Shown: piece by piece, positions 27,278 through 37,471 of the stretch | Position numbering within the stretch: position 1 is the first letter of the stretch | How the letters are laid out: every line of letters starts with the position of its first letter | NCBI GenBank assembly: GCA_946613135.1 | Contig: CAMOFI010000001.1 | Coordinates: 1 to 53,538 of the forward strand | Origin: an uncultured Bacteroidales bacterium | GTDB lineage: Bacteria > Bacteroidota > Bacteroidia > Bacteroidales > P3 | Direction: 5' to 3' | Length of the DNA stretch: 53,538 nucleotides | The notes under the pieces: model-generated | What the model saw: the letters and a program-made list of their open reading frames with translations, nothing else | What the model was told of the DNA's origin: nothing | Database searches by the model: none | Translations under genes and position numbers: made by a program

Positions 27278-27918
27278 CGTTTAAGTTCTATAATGGTTTG
27301 AGACGGATTTTGTGACTTGAAGACGGCATTGCCAGCCACGAGGACATCTGCACCGGCTTCATATAATTTGTGTGCATTATCGACATTGACGCCACCATCC
27401 ACTTCTATCAAGCATGAAGGATTCTTACGCATGCACAATTCCTTCATTTGTCTTACTTTGTTGTAAGTATTCTCTATGAATTTCTGTCCACCAAAACCAG
27501 GATTGACAGACATAAGAAGAACAACATCACATATTTGCACAGCATCTTCGAGCAACACCACGGGAGTGTGAGGGTTGAGCACAACGCCACATTTCATACC
27601 TGCATCTTTTATCGAGTGCAGAGTACGGTCAAGATGGGTGCAAGCCTCGTAATGAACAGTCAATATGTCTGCTCCTGATTCCTTAAAATCATTCACATAG
27701 CGCCCCGGATCCATTATCATCAGGTGAACGTCCAAGGGTTTGCGTGCGTGTTTTTTTATATGTTTGACGACTGGCTGTCCGAACGATATGTTAGGAACAA
27801 AAATGCCGTCCATGACGTCGACATGGAGCCAGTCGCATTCAGAATTGTTCAACATTTCAATATCTCGCTGAAGATTGCCGAAATCGGCCGACAGCAATGA
27901 AGGGGAAATCATTTTCAT
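27274..27918 (-). CDS. rpe: ribulose-phosphate 3-epimerase
   Basis: 214 aa. Motifs LHVDVMDGIFVPNISFG and EVDGGVN. The stop overlaps the rlmI-like start by 4 nt. Confidence 0.95.
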   Translation of the reverse strand: MKMISPSLLSADFGNLQRDIEMLNNSECDWLHVDVMDGIFVPNISFGQPVVKHIKKHARKPLDVHLMIMDPGRYVNDFKESGADILTVHYEACTHLDRTLHSIKDAGMKCGVVLNPHTPVVLLEDAVQICDVVLLMSVNPGFGGQKFIENTYNKVRQMKELCMRKNPSCLIEVDGGVNVDNAHKLYEAGADVLVAGNAVFKSQNPSQTIIELKR

Positions 27919-27944
27919 ACAAATACTTTTTTAGTGTAACACCT

Positions 27945-28829
27945 CTACATTTTCAGTTTCTCAAAATTGCGTCCATAAACGCCCTGAGTCTTGGACACTG
28001 ATATGAAAGCATCCTGGTCTATACGGTGTATTATGTGCATCACATTGGTTTTATCTGTTTTATGGGCTAAAACAATTAGCACTTTTGTAGCCTTGTGAGT
28101 ATAACCGCCTTCGCCTTCGAGCAATGTCACACCTCTACCTATCTCCGATGTGATCGCATCGCCTATCTCCTTGTTTTTGGCAGAGAAAACAAAAATCTGA
28201 TAAGACTGCTTATTGCCATCGAGCACCATATCGAGCACATAGGTCATGGTGACCATGACGACATAGCCGAAAACCACATTCTCAAGTTTGTATGACACAA
28301 AATATGAACTTCCGATGATGAAAATATCAAGATACATGATAACCTTGCCCGGCGAGATATTGTAGAATTTGGAGAGTATCAGAGCAATGATATCCGTTCC
28401 TCCACTGTTTCCGCCCATCGAGAATGCCAGACCTATACCTCCACCGCACAGAGCGCCTCCGATGATTGCACACATAAATCCTCCAAACTGGTTCACATCG
28501 AATAATGTTTCCACATGAAGCACCTGCTGCCACAATATGAAACAGGCAGACGACATGACAATGCCGTAGATTGTGTTGGCTCCAAACTGTGACCCTAATA
28601 TTTTAAAGCCAATCAGCACCAAGACAGCATTGATTACAAGGTTGAGCACACCAATAGGGATATGCAGTCCGACAGCATAATAGAGTACTGAAGAAATACC
28701 ACTGACGCCACCTCCGACAATTTGCGCCGGCAACATAAACGCCGACCATGCGAAGGTATATACGGCTATTCCCAATGTGATAATCAAATATGAAAAAAAC
28801 AGCTTCGACTTGTTTTTAAAAATATGCAT
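27945..28829 (-). CDS. YitT family membrane protein (DUF2179 C-terminal domain)
   Basis: 294 aa. About 5-6 TM segments with GGVSGIS and GGNSGGTDI motifs, then a soluble C-terminal domain. Confidence 0.8.
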   Translation of the reverse strand: MHIFKNKSKLFFSYLIITLGIAVYTFAWSAFMLPAQIVGGGVSGISSVLYYAVGLHIPIGVLNLVINAVLVLIGFKILGSQFGANTIYGIVMSSACFILWQQVLHVETLFDVNQFGGFMCAIIGGALCGGGIGLAFSMGGNSGGTDIIALILSKFYNISPGKVIMYLDIFIIGSSYFVSYKLENVVFGYVVMVTMTYVLDMVLDGNKQSYQIFVFSAKNKEIGDAITSEIGRGVTLLEGEGGYTHKATKVLIVLAHKTDKTNVMHIIHRIDQDAFISVSKTQGVYGRNFEKLKM

Positions 28830-28916
28830 CTTGTTAAGTTTTAAATTAATTGCCTATAGTTTTACATCACTGTCATAATATACAATACGACAATCATGAC
28901 AAGAGACACGACCCAA

Positions 28917-29585
28917 TTAAATGTAAATCCGTTCACCAAAAATTGAAGAGCCTACACGCACCAGCGTGGCACCTTCCTCGATGGCAATGGCATAATCGTG
29001 GCTCATGCCCATTGAGATCTCTTTGAAAAAATCATTGTCTTTAAAGTATGAACACTTCAAATCCGAAAAAATATTTCTCAAGTGTGCAAACTCTGAACGC
29101 ACCTTATCCATATCGCCCGTATTGGTTGCCATACCCATAACACCGCAAATCCTGACGTGGTGCAGCTCTCGATATTCATCCGATTCCAGAAGTTGGCGAG
29201 CCTCGTCCATATCCAGGCCAAACTTGGTCTCTTCGCTTGCAATATGGAACTGCAGCAGGCAGTCGATGACGCGCTCATGTTTTCTTGCCTCCTTGTCCAC
29301 CGCCTCAAGGACTGTCAACGAATCAATGCTATGAATCAGACTCACGTATGGTGCTATATACTTGACCTTGTTTGTTTGCAGGTGTCCAATAAAATGCCAC
29401 TCGACATCATTAGGCATCACAGCATGTTTGTCGCGCATTTCCAGAGCCTTGTTTTCTCCAAAAAGACGCTGACCGGCATCATAGGCCTCCTGCAGCATCT
29501 CGACAGGCTTTGTTTTAGACACAGCAATCAATCTCACTCCTTCCGGGATTGTTGAAACAATTCTATTCAGATTCTCTTTTACCAT
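28917..29585 (-). CDS. yggS: YggS family pyridoxal-phosphate homeostasis protein
   Basis: 222 aa. PLP-lysine motif LIAVSKTKP, FGENKALE, HFIGHLQTNK. Confidence 0.92.
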   Translation of the reverse strand: MVKENLNRIVSTIPEGVRLIAVSKTKPVEMLQEAYDAGQRLFGENKALEMRDKHAVMPNDVEWHFIGHLQTNKVKYIAPYVSLIHSIDSLTVLEAVDKEARKHERVIDCLLQFHIASEETKFGLDMDEARQLLESDEYRELHHVRICGVMGMATNTGDMDKVRSEFAHLRNIFSDLKCSYFKDNDFFKEISMGMSHDYAIAIEEGATLVRVGSSIFGERIYI

Positions 29586-29747
29586 CCTTAAAACATTTTC
29601 ATTTTTTATGTTATTTTAACGCCAAGTATCAATATATATTTTCCAAACACAATTTTTTTTTGCGAAATACGTTTTCCGATTACTTTTCCCCATTTCCAAA
29701 CGGGCTTCCTTACTTTAATAAAACATAAAAACCTTTCTCCAAAACCC

Positions 29748-31667
29748 ATGATTGTCTGTATAGCTGAAAAGCCAAGCGTGGCAAAAGAAATAGCCAAAGT
29801 ACTCGGTGCGAATGGTTCTCACGACGGGTACATGGAGGGCAACGGATACCAGGTTACTTGGACCTTCGGACACCTATGCACCCTCAAAGAGCCACACGAC
29901 TATACTGAGGCATGGAAACCATGGGCTCTTAGTCGGTTACCGATGATTCCTCAACGGTTTGGCATCAAGCTCATCGACAACAAGACCTACGAAAAGCAGT
30001 TTCACACTATTGAATCGTTGATGCAGAAAGCCGACGAGATTATCAACTGTGGCGATGCCGGGCAGGAGGGAGAACTGATTCAGCGATGGGTGATGCAAAA
30101 AGCCGGAGCCAAGTGTCCTGTCAAACGGCTATGGGTATCATCCCTCACCGAAGAAGCCATCAGGGAAGGATTCAAAAACCTCAAGATGCAGGATGATTAC
30201 CAGTCGCTTTACGAAGCCGGACTCTGCAGAGCCATCGGCGACTGGCTGCTGGGCATGAATGCCACAAGACTCTACACATTAAAATACCGTACCGAACGCG
30301 GCCAAGTGCTCTCCATAGGACGTGTACAGACTCCTACGCTCGCCTTGATTGTAAACAGGCAAATGGAGATACAGAATTTCACGCCAGAACAGTATTGGGT
30401 GCTGTCGACAATATACCGCGACACGCTCTTCACTCTTCAAGGAAACGACAATGAACAAAACGCCGAAAACGACAAAAAAACGAGCAAAGGCAGAATACAG
30501 AATGAACAAGACGGACGCAAAGCATTAGATTCGATTAAAGACAACGACTTCGAGGTGACATCCATCGCCAAGAAAAACGGAAACGAAACAGCGCCTCGCC
30601 TTTTCGATTTGACAAGCCTGCAAGTTGAATGCAACAAAAAATTCAGCTTCTCGGCCGACGACACACTCAAATACATACAAAGCCTCTACGAAAAAAAACT
30701 GACTACATATCCACGCGTCGACACCACGTTCCTGAGCGAAGACATCTATCCCAAATGTCCCGCCATACTTAGAGGACTGCTCCCCTACTCTTCACTAACG
30801 ACTCCACTTCTCGAAAAAAAACTGCCAAAAAGCAAAAAGGTATTCGACAACAGCAAAGTAACTGACCACCACGCCATTATTCCCACTGGAGAGAATCCCA
30901 GCAATGGCGATTTGACTTTAAACGAGAAACGTGTATTAGATCTTGTTGCACGTCATTTCATCGCTGTTTTTTACCCTGACTGCAAAATCTCTACGACTAC
31001 AGTGACCGGCAAAGTGGATGCGACAAATGCAGACGACAAGAAAACGGAACGGCTCACCTTCAAAGCCACAGGAAAACAGATATTAGACCCCGGATGGCGC
31101 GTCTGTTTCTCTAAATGGATCGAAGTCAACGGAAGCTGGCGACAAGAGAAGAAAAACAGCATAGAGGATGACGAAGACGACAAAAGCACCGATAAAAAAG
31201 ACGAAGACCGCATGCTGCCGTCTTTTGAGAAAGGCGAACGCGGTCCTCATACTCCAACACTTGCCGAAAAATGGACCTCGCCTCCTAAGCCGTACACCGA
31301 AGCGACATTGTTGCGCGCAATGGAGACTGCCGGACGTTTCGTCGAAAACGATGAATTGCGCGATGCATTGAAAGAGAACGGCATCGGACGGCCATCGACA
31401 AGAGCTGCCATTATCGAGACGCTATTCAAACGCGGATACATACAAAAAGCAAGGAAATCGCTTACTGCCACAGAAACCGGCATCAACCTAATTGCATTGA
31501 TACAAGAGGAGTTGCTAAAGAGTGCAGAATTGACAGGACAATGGGAAAAAAAACTGCGTGACATAGAGGCTCACAAGTACGATGCTAAGCTTTTCATCGA
31601 CGAGTTGAAGCAGATGGTCACACAAATAGTACAGGATGTACTGAATGACAAAAAAACAGCCATCTAA
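29748..31667 (+). CDS. topB: type IA DNA topoisomerase (topoisomerase III-like)
   Basis: 639 aa. TOPRIM start MIVCIAEKPSVAKEIAKVLG. Active-site region LTTYPRVDT. No C-terminal zinc-finger region. Two K/D/E-rich insertions. Confidence 0.88.
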   Translation: MIVCIAEKPSVAKEIAKVLGANGSHDGYMEGNGYQVTWTFGHLCTLKEPHDYTEAWKPWALSRLPMIPQRFGIKLIDNKTYEKQFHTIESLMQKADEIINCGDAGQEGELIQRWVMQKAGAKCPVKRLWVSSLTEEAIREGFKNLKMQDDYQSLYEAGLCRAIGDWLLGMNATRLYTLKYRTERGQVLSIGRVQTPTLALIVNRQMEIQNFTPEQYWVLSTIYRDTLFTLQGNDNEQNAENDKKTSKGRIQNEQDGRKALDSIKDNDFEVTSIAKKNGNETAPRLFDLTSLQVECNKKFSFSADDTLKYIQSLYEKKLTTYPRVDTTFLSEDIYPKCPAILRGLLPYSSLTTPLLEKKLPKSKKVFDNSKVTDHHAIIPTGENPSNGDLTLNEKRVLDLVARHFIAVFYPDCKISTTTVTGKVDATNADDKKTERLTFKATGKQILDPGWRVCFSKWIEVNGSWRQEKKNSIEDDEDDKSTDKKDEDRMLPSFEKGERGPHTPTLAEKWTSPPKPYTEATLLRAMETAGRFVENDELRDALKENGIGRPSTRAAIIETLFKRGYIQKARKSLTATETGINLIALIQEELLKSAELTGQWEKKLRDIEAHKYDAKLFIDELKQMVTQIVQDVLNDKKTAI

Positions 31668-31685
31668 CGAACCGCCGAAAAGGGC

Positions 31686-31731
31686 AAAAAGACAGCCGGG
31701 AAACGTGTGTTTCCCGGCTGTCTTTTTTTTT
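31686..31731. terminator. bidirectional Rho-independent terminator between convergent genes
   Basis: Perfect 14-bp stem GACAGCCGGGAAAC (31691-31704) / GTTTCCCGGCTGTC (31709-31722) with a 4-nt loop. Flanked by AAAAA upstream and a T9 run downstream. Confidence 0.85.
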
Positions 31732-31788
31732 GGAAAGAGCGGCACATATCCATATGCCATTCATTTCGTTTCGCAGCGTCTTTGGTGC

Positions 31789-32856
31789 CTACTGCACATC
31801 ACGTGGATCGAGTGGTTGAGCCAACAGTCCGGTGAACTTGCCGGTATTGTCAAACTCCATGCGGGTATACTTCAAAGTATGGCCTGACGCCTTCTGGCTA
31901 ACCACAACATAAGTGTAAGGCTTGGGTTTCTTGCCGTCGGGACCGCGGAATTTGGCATCATATTCGTACACTACCATTTTTTCCACTCTGTATTTTTCTC
32001 CCTTGAATTTTTCGTTCAAGTATTTAATAATTGCACTCGTATAACGATCCTTTGCAAGGACTTTGCCAGTCTTGATCAACTTCTCCTCGCTCATGCTGTA
32101 AACTGCTTCGAATTTGTTTTTCTGATTGTTGGCATAGTATGCAACACACTCGTCACCTGCACGCTCATACCAATCGGGGCCGGCACTGAGACGCGTGGCT
32201 GGATAACGTTTTGTAAAATTGGCAACTATTGCGTCACTCGGAACAAACACCTCCACCTCAGGAACATCCTCAACGGGTTTTGGACGTTTCTTGTTGGATT
32301 TCTTGGTTTTGGAAGTCTCTTCGTCACTCGTCACATCCTCGGGATTCGAATGAGTATAGTAGTCCTTTTTGACAACATCCGGATCAGGAGCAGTGGAACG
32401 TTGCAATTTGCCTCTGGTGTCGAAAATCATCTCGCAATCGGCTGAACCAAGACCTTTTTTAACAATGATCATACGATAATAATTGTCGCCACTCATTTCT
32501 TCAACATATTCTGTCGACTTGATTCTGTAACCAGGATAGTTGTTTACAAAATAAGTGTTCATCATCGTAGGACATTCCTCAAGAGCCACCGGGAAGGAGC
32601 TGTACTGCCAGTCACCATTAGCAGTGAAGTAGCATCGTCCATTCTGTCCGTCAGTAACAAATTCGGCGATATACTGTCCTGGCGCCTGATACCATGTTTT
32701 CACCTTATACGACTCGTATGTTTTCTCCAAAGCAAGCATGACCGACTTGGGAACATCAGTCTCCTTGATTTTATTCTGTGCCGAGACGCATAACGGAAAT
32801 ATTAGCGCAGTCAGGCAGATTATGGTTTTTGCAACTTTCGTTTTGTTCATCTTCAT
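31789..32856 (-). CDS. secreted protein with two PepSY-like repeats separated by a Lys/Glu-rich linker
   Basis: 355 aa with signal peptide. Two similar modules (VPKSVMLALEKTYESYKVKTWYQ... and PSDAIVANFTKRYPATRL...) flank the linker SDEETSKTKKSNKKRPKP. Family assignment is tentative. Confidence 0.55.
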   Translation of the reverse strand: MKMNKTKVAKTIICLTALIFPLCVSAQNKIKETDVPKSVMLALEKTYESYKVKTWYQAPGQYIAEFVTDGQNGRCYFTANGDWQYSSFPVALEECPTMMNTYFVNNYPGYRIKSTEYVEEMSGDNYYRMIIVKKGLGSADCEMIFDTRGKLQRSTAPDPDVVKKDYYTHSNPEDVTSDEETSKTKKSNKKRPKPVEDVPEVEVFVPSDAIVANFTKRYPATRLSAGPDWYERAGDECVAYYANNQKNKFEAVYSMSEEKLIKTGKVLAKDRYTSAIIKYLNEKFKGEKYRVEKMVVYEYDAKFRGPDGKKPKPYTYVVVSQKASGHTLKYTRMEFDNTGKFTGLLAQPLDPRDVQ

Positions 32857-33121
32857 ATTGTTTTTTCTGTTTTAGTAACCGACAGAGTTTTTTTATTGCA
32901 AAATTCAATTTATTTCACATTTTAACGCTAAAATGTTAAATTAATTGTACGCAAAAAAACATTTTTGGTTTCAAAAACGCCAAGCCTCTTTGTTTATTTT
33001 GACTTTACAGCCCAACAGCTGACCCTCGAGCACGATGCACCGTCGACAACAGTCTTCAATCAACTATATGGAACCGAAAGGGATGCCTCTGCGAACAACA
33101 GAGATCAGACCTGCACAAACG

Positions 33122-34414
33122 TTACTTGAACAGGACATCCTTGCGGTCCGGGCTGACAGACACTGCCATAATATTGACTCCTGTGCGATGCTCTATTTCT
33201 TGGAGATATTTCCGCAGTTTCTCTGGCAATTCCGCATACTTTGTGGCTTGGTTCAGATGTTGCTTCCAGCCCTCGAACGAAATAAGATTAGGATGGATTT
33301 CAACTTCGTTGAACTCGAATGGAATCTCCTGAGTCTCTTTGCCGTTGATGGTGTAGCTTACGCACATCTTCACCTCGTCGAAATCATCCATCACGTCAGG
33401 TTTTGTCACTATAAGGTCTGTCACACCGTTCAGCATGCAGGCATATTGCAGTGCAGGCATATCGATCCATCCGCAACGGCGCGAGCGGCCGGTTGTTGCG
33501 CCATATTCGTGGCCAATCTCGCACAGCGTCCTTCCCGTCGAATCAAAAAGCTCTGTAGGGAACGGACCTGCACCAACACGTGTACAGTAGGCCTTGGTTA
33601 TACCCATTACACGACCTATCGACGAAGGCGCGACGCCAAGTCCCGAACATACTCCCGCCGTTATGGTTGACGACGAGGTGACAAAAGGATAAGAGCCGAA
33701 ATCGATGTCTAACATAGATCCCTGGGCACCTTCGGCGAGGACTTTCTTTCCGTCCTTAAGACATTGGTTTATAAAATACTCACTATTAATAAGATTGAAT
33801 TTGCGCAAGGTTTCTAATGCTTCCATCCATTTGACCTCGTACTGGTCGAGTGTCAAGTCGCCAATGCGAAATGAGTCGACATCGAACTTCAACATCTTGG
33901 CTATCTGTATGTGCTGGAATTTCAGCAACTGGTATTTCTCGCGGAAATCAAATTCGAGTATATCCCCCACCCTGATACCCGTTCTTGCGATTTTGTCGGT
34001 ATATGCAGGACCTATTCCCTTAAGGGTTGAACCAATCTTGGCGTTTCCTTTTGCCTGTTCGTTGGCTGCATCTAAAAGACGATGCGATGGCAGAATGAGA
34101 TGTGCCTTCTTGGAAATAAAGAGGTTGTCGATTGGTTCGACATTCTTCTGGCGAAGGGCTTCTACTTCATCGTTGAAGATGGCGGGCTCAATCAAGACGC
34201 CATTGCCAATGACGTTGAGTTTGTCTTTGTGGAATATACCGGAAGGAATAATATGCAGCACATGTTTGATGCCATTAAATTCAAGTGTATGTCCAGCATT
34301 GGGACCACCTTGAAAGCGTGCAATCACGTCGTAATGGGGAGTTAGGACGTCGACAATTTTGCCTTTGCCTTCGTCACCCCATTGCAAACCTAATAAAACG
34401 TCTACTTTACTCAT
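33122..34414 (-). CDS. purA: adenylosuccinate synthase
   Basis: 430 aa. Motifs QWGDEGKGK and GGPNAGHT. Confidence 0.97.
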   Translation of the reverse strand: MSKVDVLLGLQWGDEGKGKIVDVLTPHYDVIARFQGGPNAGHTLEFNGIKHVLHIIPSGIFHKDKLNVIGNGVLIEPAIFNDEVEALRQKNVEPIDNLFISKKAHLILPSHRLLDAANEQAKGNAKIGSTLKGIGPAYTDKIARTGIRVGDILEFDFREKYQLLKFQHIQIAKMLKFDVDSFRIGDLTLDQYEVKWMEALETLRKFNLINSEYFINQCLKDGKKVLAEGAQGSMLDIDFGSYPFVTSSSTITAGVCSGLGVAPSSIGRVMGITKAYCTRVGAGPFPTELFDSTGRTLCEIGHEYGATTGRSRRCGWIDMPALQYACMLNGVTDLIVTKPDVMDDFDEVKMCVSYTINGKETQEIPFEFNEVEIHPNLISFEGWKQHLNQATKYAELPEKLRKYLQEIEHRTGVNIMAVSVSPDRKDVLFK

Positions 34415-34495
34415 TTCTGTATTTTTAATATAATCATCTTATCAATAATTTCTTATAATGCAAAAGTCAGAACTACTCTTTTGCAAAAATCATCG

Positions 34496-34503
34496 CAAAG
34501 ATA
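34496..34503 (-). promoter_or_regulatory. candidate -7 promoter element (TATCTTTG on minus strand) for purA
   Basis: Plus strand reads CAAAGATA, about 82 nt upstream of the purA ATG. Confidence 0.3.
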
Positions 34504-34551
34504 CAAATAAAAATGGAAACTGACTGATGAAAAATTAAATTTAGAGTTTGC

Positions 34552-35166
34552 TTATTTGGATTGTTCACGATAATTCTTAAACCAATCAACAAAATCCGGG
34601 AGGTCGTCGAGAGGACGGAAGCCCTCTTTTTTCGGATTAGCAGGGATGGGGCATGTGTCGAGATAGCCCAAAAGCGTGGCACAATCGAATTCGCCAATCA
34701 TGGCTTCGAGAGTAACGTAAACACCTACAAGCTGGTCATCATCGTCCCTTACCGGGTCGGGCAGCGCCACTCTCAAACCGAGTATATCAGGCTCTTCTTC
34801 GCTTTCGAGCTGCATGAAATACATCTTCTGTGTCTCAAAATGGTATTTGTCAAATGTGACTTTCAGATTCTTTCCCTTAGGCTGTTTGAAGGCCACAAAC
34901 TCCCACCAGTCGAGATCAGGTGCATTATCGGTCAGTTCGACAACATAACGGAACAATTCAATGTCGCCTTCTGCCGAAAAAGTAATCGTACGCCCTGTAG
35001 GCTGCGGATCGCTTATCTCATAAGTAAGGCCTTCACAGTAGGCGTCCAGCTGCGACTGAAGGTCGCTAAGGAGTTGGTCTTGTTCGGCCTGCTCCAAATC
35101 GCCGAGCATTGTAAGACGTTCATTGTTGTCGGCAAACCATTGCCAAAATTTGTTGTAATCAGACAT
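34552..35166 (-). CDS. acidic cytoplasmic hypothetical protein
   Basis: 204 aa with ATG start. No signal peptide or TM. Highly acidic. No family confidently recognised. Confidence 0.6.
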   Translation of the reverse strand: MSDYNKFWQWFADNNERLTMLGDLEQAEQDQLLSDLQSQLDAYCEGLTYEISDPQPTGRTITFSAEGDIELFRYVVELTDNAPDLDWWEFVAFKQPKGKNLKVTFDKYHFETQKMYFMQLESEEEPDILGLRVALPDPVRDDDDQLVGVYVTLEAMIGEFDCATLLGYLDTCPIPANPKKEGFRPLDDLPDFVDWFKNYREQSK

Positions 35167-35216
35167 GATAGCTATTAAATGTTGATGTTTTTAGTAATAA
35201 AGAAAAAGACTTTTGA

Positions 35217-36242
35217 TCAGTCGACAAAAATCGCTTCGCATTGCAGCGCGACGTCAAACTTTGTCTTGACATCACTGGCTATTGCATTGGAGAGTTCAAA
35301 GACCTCTGCACCTGTGCAACCGCCAAGATTGTAGAGTACAAGGGCCTGCTTGGGCCATACGCCTACTCGTCCTACGCTACGGCCTTTCCATCCGCACTTG
35401 TCTATAAGCCAACCGGCCGAGAGCTTGTTGCCTGGATAGCGTGGCATGTCGGGATATCGGTCGAGCAGAGCGTTGTATGTTGCGTCGTCGACTATTGGAT
35501 TTTTAAAGAAACTGCCAGCTGACCCATAGACTTCCGGACGTGGCAGTTTGTTCCATCGAAGATCGATAATGGCATTACGCAATTCTATGGCCGAAGAATG
35601 TGGTAGCGAGGTAATAGCCTGATATGCAAGATTTGGCCGGAATGTATGAAAGAGGCGGTATGAGACATTGATGACAATGTAGCGCCCTGGGTTGTGCTTG
35701 AATATGGAGTCACGATAGCCGAAGCAGCATTCTTCAGCCTTCAATGTCACAAACTCCTTCTGCTTCAAATCGTATGCATCCACGCAGTAAACAACATCTT
35801 TGGCTTCGACGCCATAGGCCCCTACATTCTGAACCACAGAGGCACCAACCGTGCCGGGAATGGCTGACAGATTTTCGATACCATAGAGATCGTGCTCAAT
35901 ACTCCACTGTATTACATCGTCGAGCAACATTCCGGCATCGGCACTGACAAGTGTGGCCTCTTCGCCAAGAGGACTGGCATTCACCCCACCCTTTGACATT
36001 AATATAACAGTGCCGTGATAATCTTTTGTAAAAACGATGTTACTTCCCGCACCCAGTACAAGGTATGGTCTGTCGAACATCCTGCCTTCATACAGTTCTT
36101 CGATAGCATGAGCATAACGGGAGGCTGGAGACCCGCTGCCTGAAGGCTTCACCTCTACAAGCTGTTCCGTGCTGACATCTATCCCAAAGGTATTGTAAGG
36201 CAATAGTGAGACGTTATGTAGAACCGTCAAATTATTGTTCAT
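35217..36242 (-). CDS. murB: UDP-N-acetylmuramate dehydrogenase
   Basis: 341 aa. FAD-binding LVLGAGSNIVF. Overall MurB type I layout. Confidence 0.92.
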   Translation of the reverse strand: MNNNLTVLHNVSLLPYNTFGIDVSTEQLVEVKPSGSGSPASRYAHAIEELYEGRMFDRPYLVLGAGSNIVFTKDYHGTVILMSKGGVNASPLGEEATLVSADAGMLLDDVIQWSIEHDLYGIENLSAIPGTVGASVVQNVGAYGVEAKDVVYCVDAYDLKQKEFVTLKAEECCFGYRDSIFKHNPGRYIVINVSYRLFHTFRPNLAYQAITSLPHSSAIELRNAIIDLRWNKLPRPEVYGSAGSFFKNPIVDDATYNALLDRYPDMPRYPGNKLSAGWLIDKCGWKGRSVGRVGVWPKQALVLYNLGGCTGAEVFELSNAIASDVKTKFDVALQCEAIFVD

Positions 36243-37324
36243 TTTTTTGCAAGATTGGAGTTATAATAATCAGGATTACCAGTCACGTCGCGGATTACAC
36301 GGATGAAAGGAGGAAACTTCACATCCTCTGGCCGTGTGGCGTCTTCAATCTCAAGCATAAGGTAAGGAAGCTCCGGTTCAACGAATTGGTCGAGTTCGAA
36401 ATATTGGTCAGCCCATACGAAACAACGACGGCGTTTTACGATGGTCCGTTTCTTCGGGTTTGCTTCGCCGAGAAGCTGATGGTATGTAGATTCGTCAATA
36501 CGCCGTTCTTGTTCGTAGCTGCGGTCGGAAGCCAGCCGTATCTTGACTGTCAGAAAGTATATATTGTTTCCATCCTCTCCCCTCATTCGGACCCTGCGTT
36601 CTTTCCCGTCGACGGGTGTGAGATACGTCTGTCGTATATCGCTGACATTGCTGTTTGGCACTTCACCGATAAGTTCAACAAGGTATTTACGTTCAATCTC
36701 TATCGGCTCTGGTACACCCACGACATTAGAGATTTCCTTCAAGACGCGATTGATTTTCTCTTCGAAACTGCAATCGTTTCCTATCACTCGAAGATGCGGA
36801 TGCCCCGTCCATGCCGAGATGAGGCGGTCGTCTATTACGCACGCCTGTTCAGGGGTTTCTCTACGAGCCTGGTTGTTGGCCAGCGTATAGAACCGTTCTG
36901 CTCCTTTGGCTGCTGTCGACATGTGGATTACCGCAGCATAGCGCGCGTCGCGAAGCTGTACTACAGATGTGCCGACCGCAGCAAGCAGCTTGTCCCATAC
37001 CTGTGGCGGCATATAGGCACGGATATCCATCGTCCCGCGATCACATACTATGAGCGCCGGCTGGACTGACGTCGAGGCTATACGCTCAATCCGGTCTTCG
37101 AGTTCCATTTGGAAATGCATGAGTTGTTTTTCGCTTTCAAAGAACAACATCTCGTTCGCTGTCTGGAAATTAATACCCGACTGGCTGAAAAGTGTAGCAG
37201 CTTCCGGAACAGTATAGACTGTAAATCCCATCCCGGAAAAATGCTCGACTATTCTGGCAAGTGCTGTCGTTTTGCCAGCGCATGGCCCTCCGGTAAGAAC
37301 TATTTTGGTAACTTGATTAGGCAT
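36239..37324 (-). CDS. P-loop ATPase (AAA_28/NadR-kinase-like) fused to CYTH domain
   Basis: 361 aa. Walker A GGPCAGKT (nt 37268-37291). CDRG motif. CYTH signature ExExK as EIERK (nt 36686-36700). The stop overlaps the murB start (ATGA). Confidence 0.8.
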   Translation of the reverse strand: MPNQVTKIVLTGGPCAGKTTALARIVEHFSGMGFTVYTVPEAATLFSQSGINFQTANEMLFFESEKQLMHFQMELEDRIERIASTSVQPALIVCDRGTMDIRAYMPPQVWDKLLAAVGTSVVQLRDARYAAVIHMSTAAKGAERFYTLANNQARRETPEQACVIDDRLISAWTGHPHLRVIGNDCSFEEKINRVLKEISNVVGVPEPIEIERKYLVELIGEVPNSNVSDIRQTYLTPVDGKERRVRMRGEDGNNIYFLTVKIRLASDRSYEQERRIDESTYHQLLGEANPKKRTIVKRRRCFVWADQYFELDQFVEPELPYLMLEIEDATRPEDVKFPPFIRVIRDVTGNPDYYNSNLAKK

Positions 37325-37393
37325 ATTATGTCAAAGACAAGAAAAAAGTTTTATTATTTAACGTTCTTTTCGTCTGATTATTGCACACAGCAA

Positions 37394-37426
37394 ACAAAAA
37401 AAGAGAGCGTCGAAAACGACGCCCTC
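37394..37426 (-). terminator. Rho-independent terminator ending the mmd operon
   Basis: 10-bp stem with one mismatch: GAGAGCGTCG (37403-37412) / CGACGCCCTC (37417-37426), loop AAAA. A T-run follows on the minus strand (plus-strand ACAAAAAAA, 37394-37402). It begins 46 nt after the mmdB stop. Confidence 0.65.
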
Positions 37427-37471
37427 CAACAAACATTATGATTATGAAAACAATTTCATCTATAACAATGC

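Noticed and set aside
29748-31667. Topoisomerase III-like gene as a possible marker of a conjugative transposon or integrative element. Topo III homologues such as Exc occur on Bacteroides CTns.
   Set aside because: There is no integrase, relaxase, tra, mob or partition gene in the neighbourhood. The flanking genes are housekeeping (yggS, purA). No flanking direct repeats were seen. It ends in an ordinary bidirectional terminator. I treat it as chromosomal topB.
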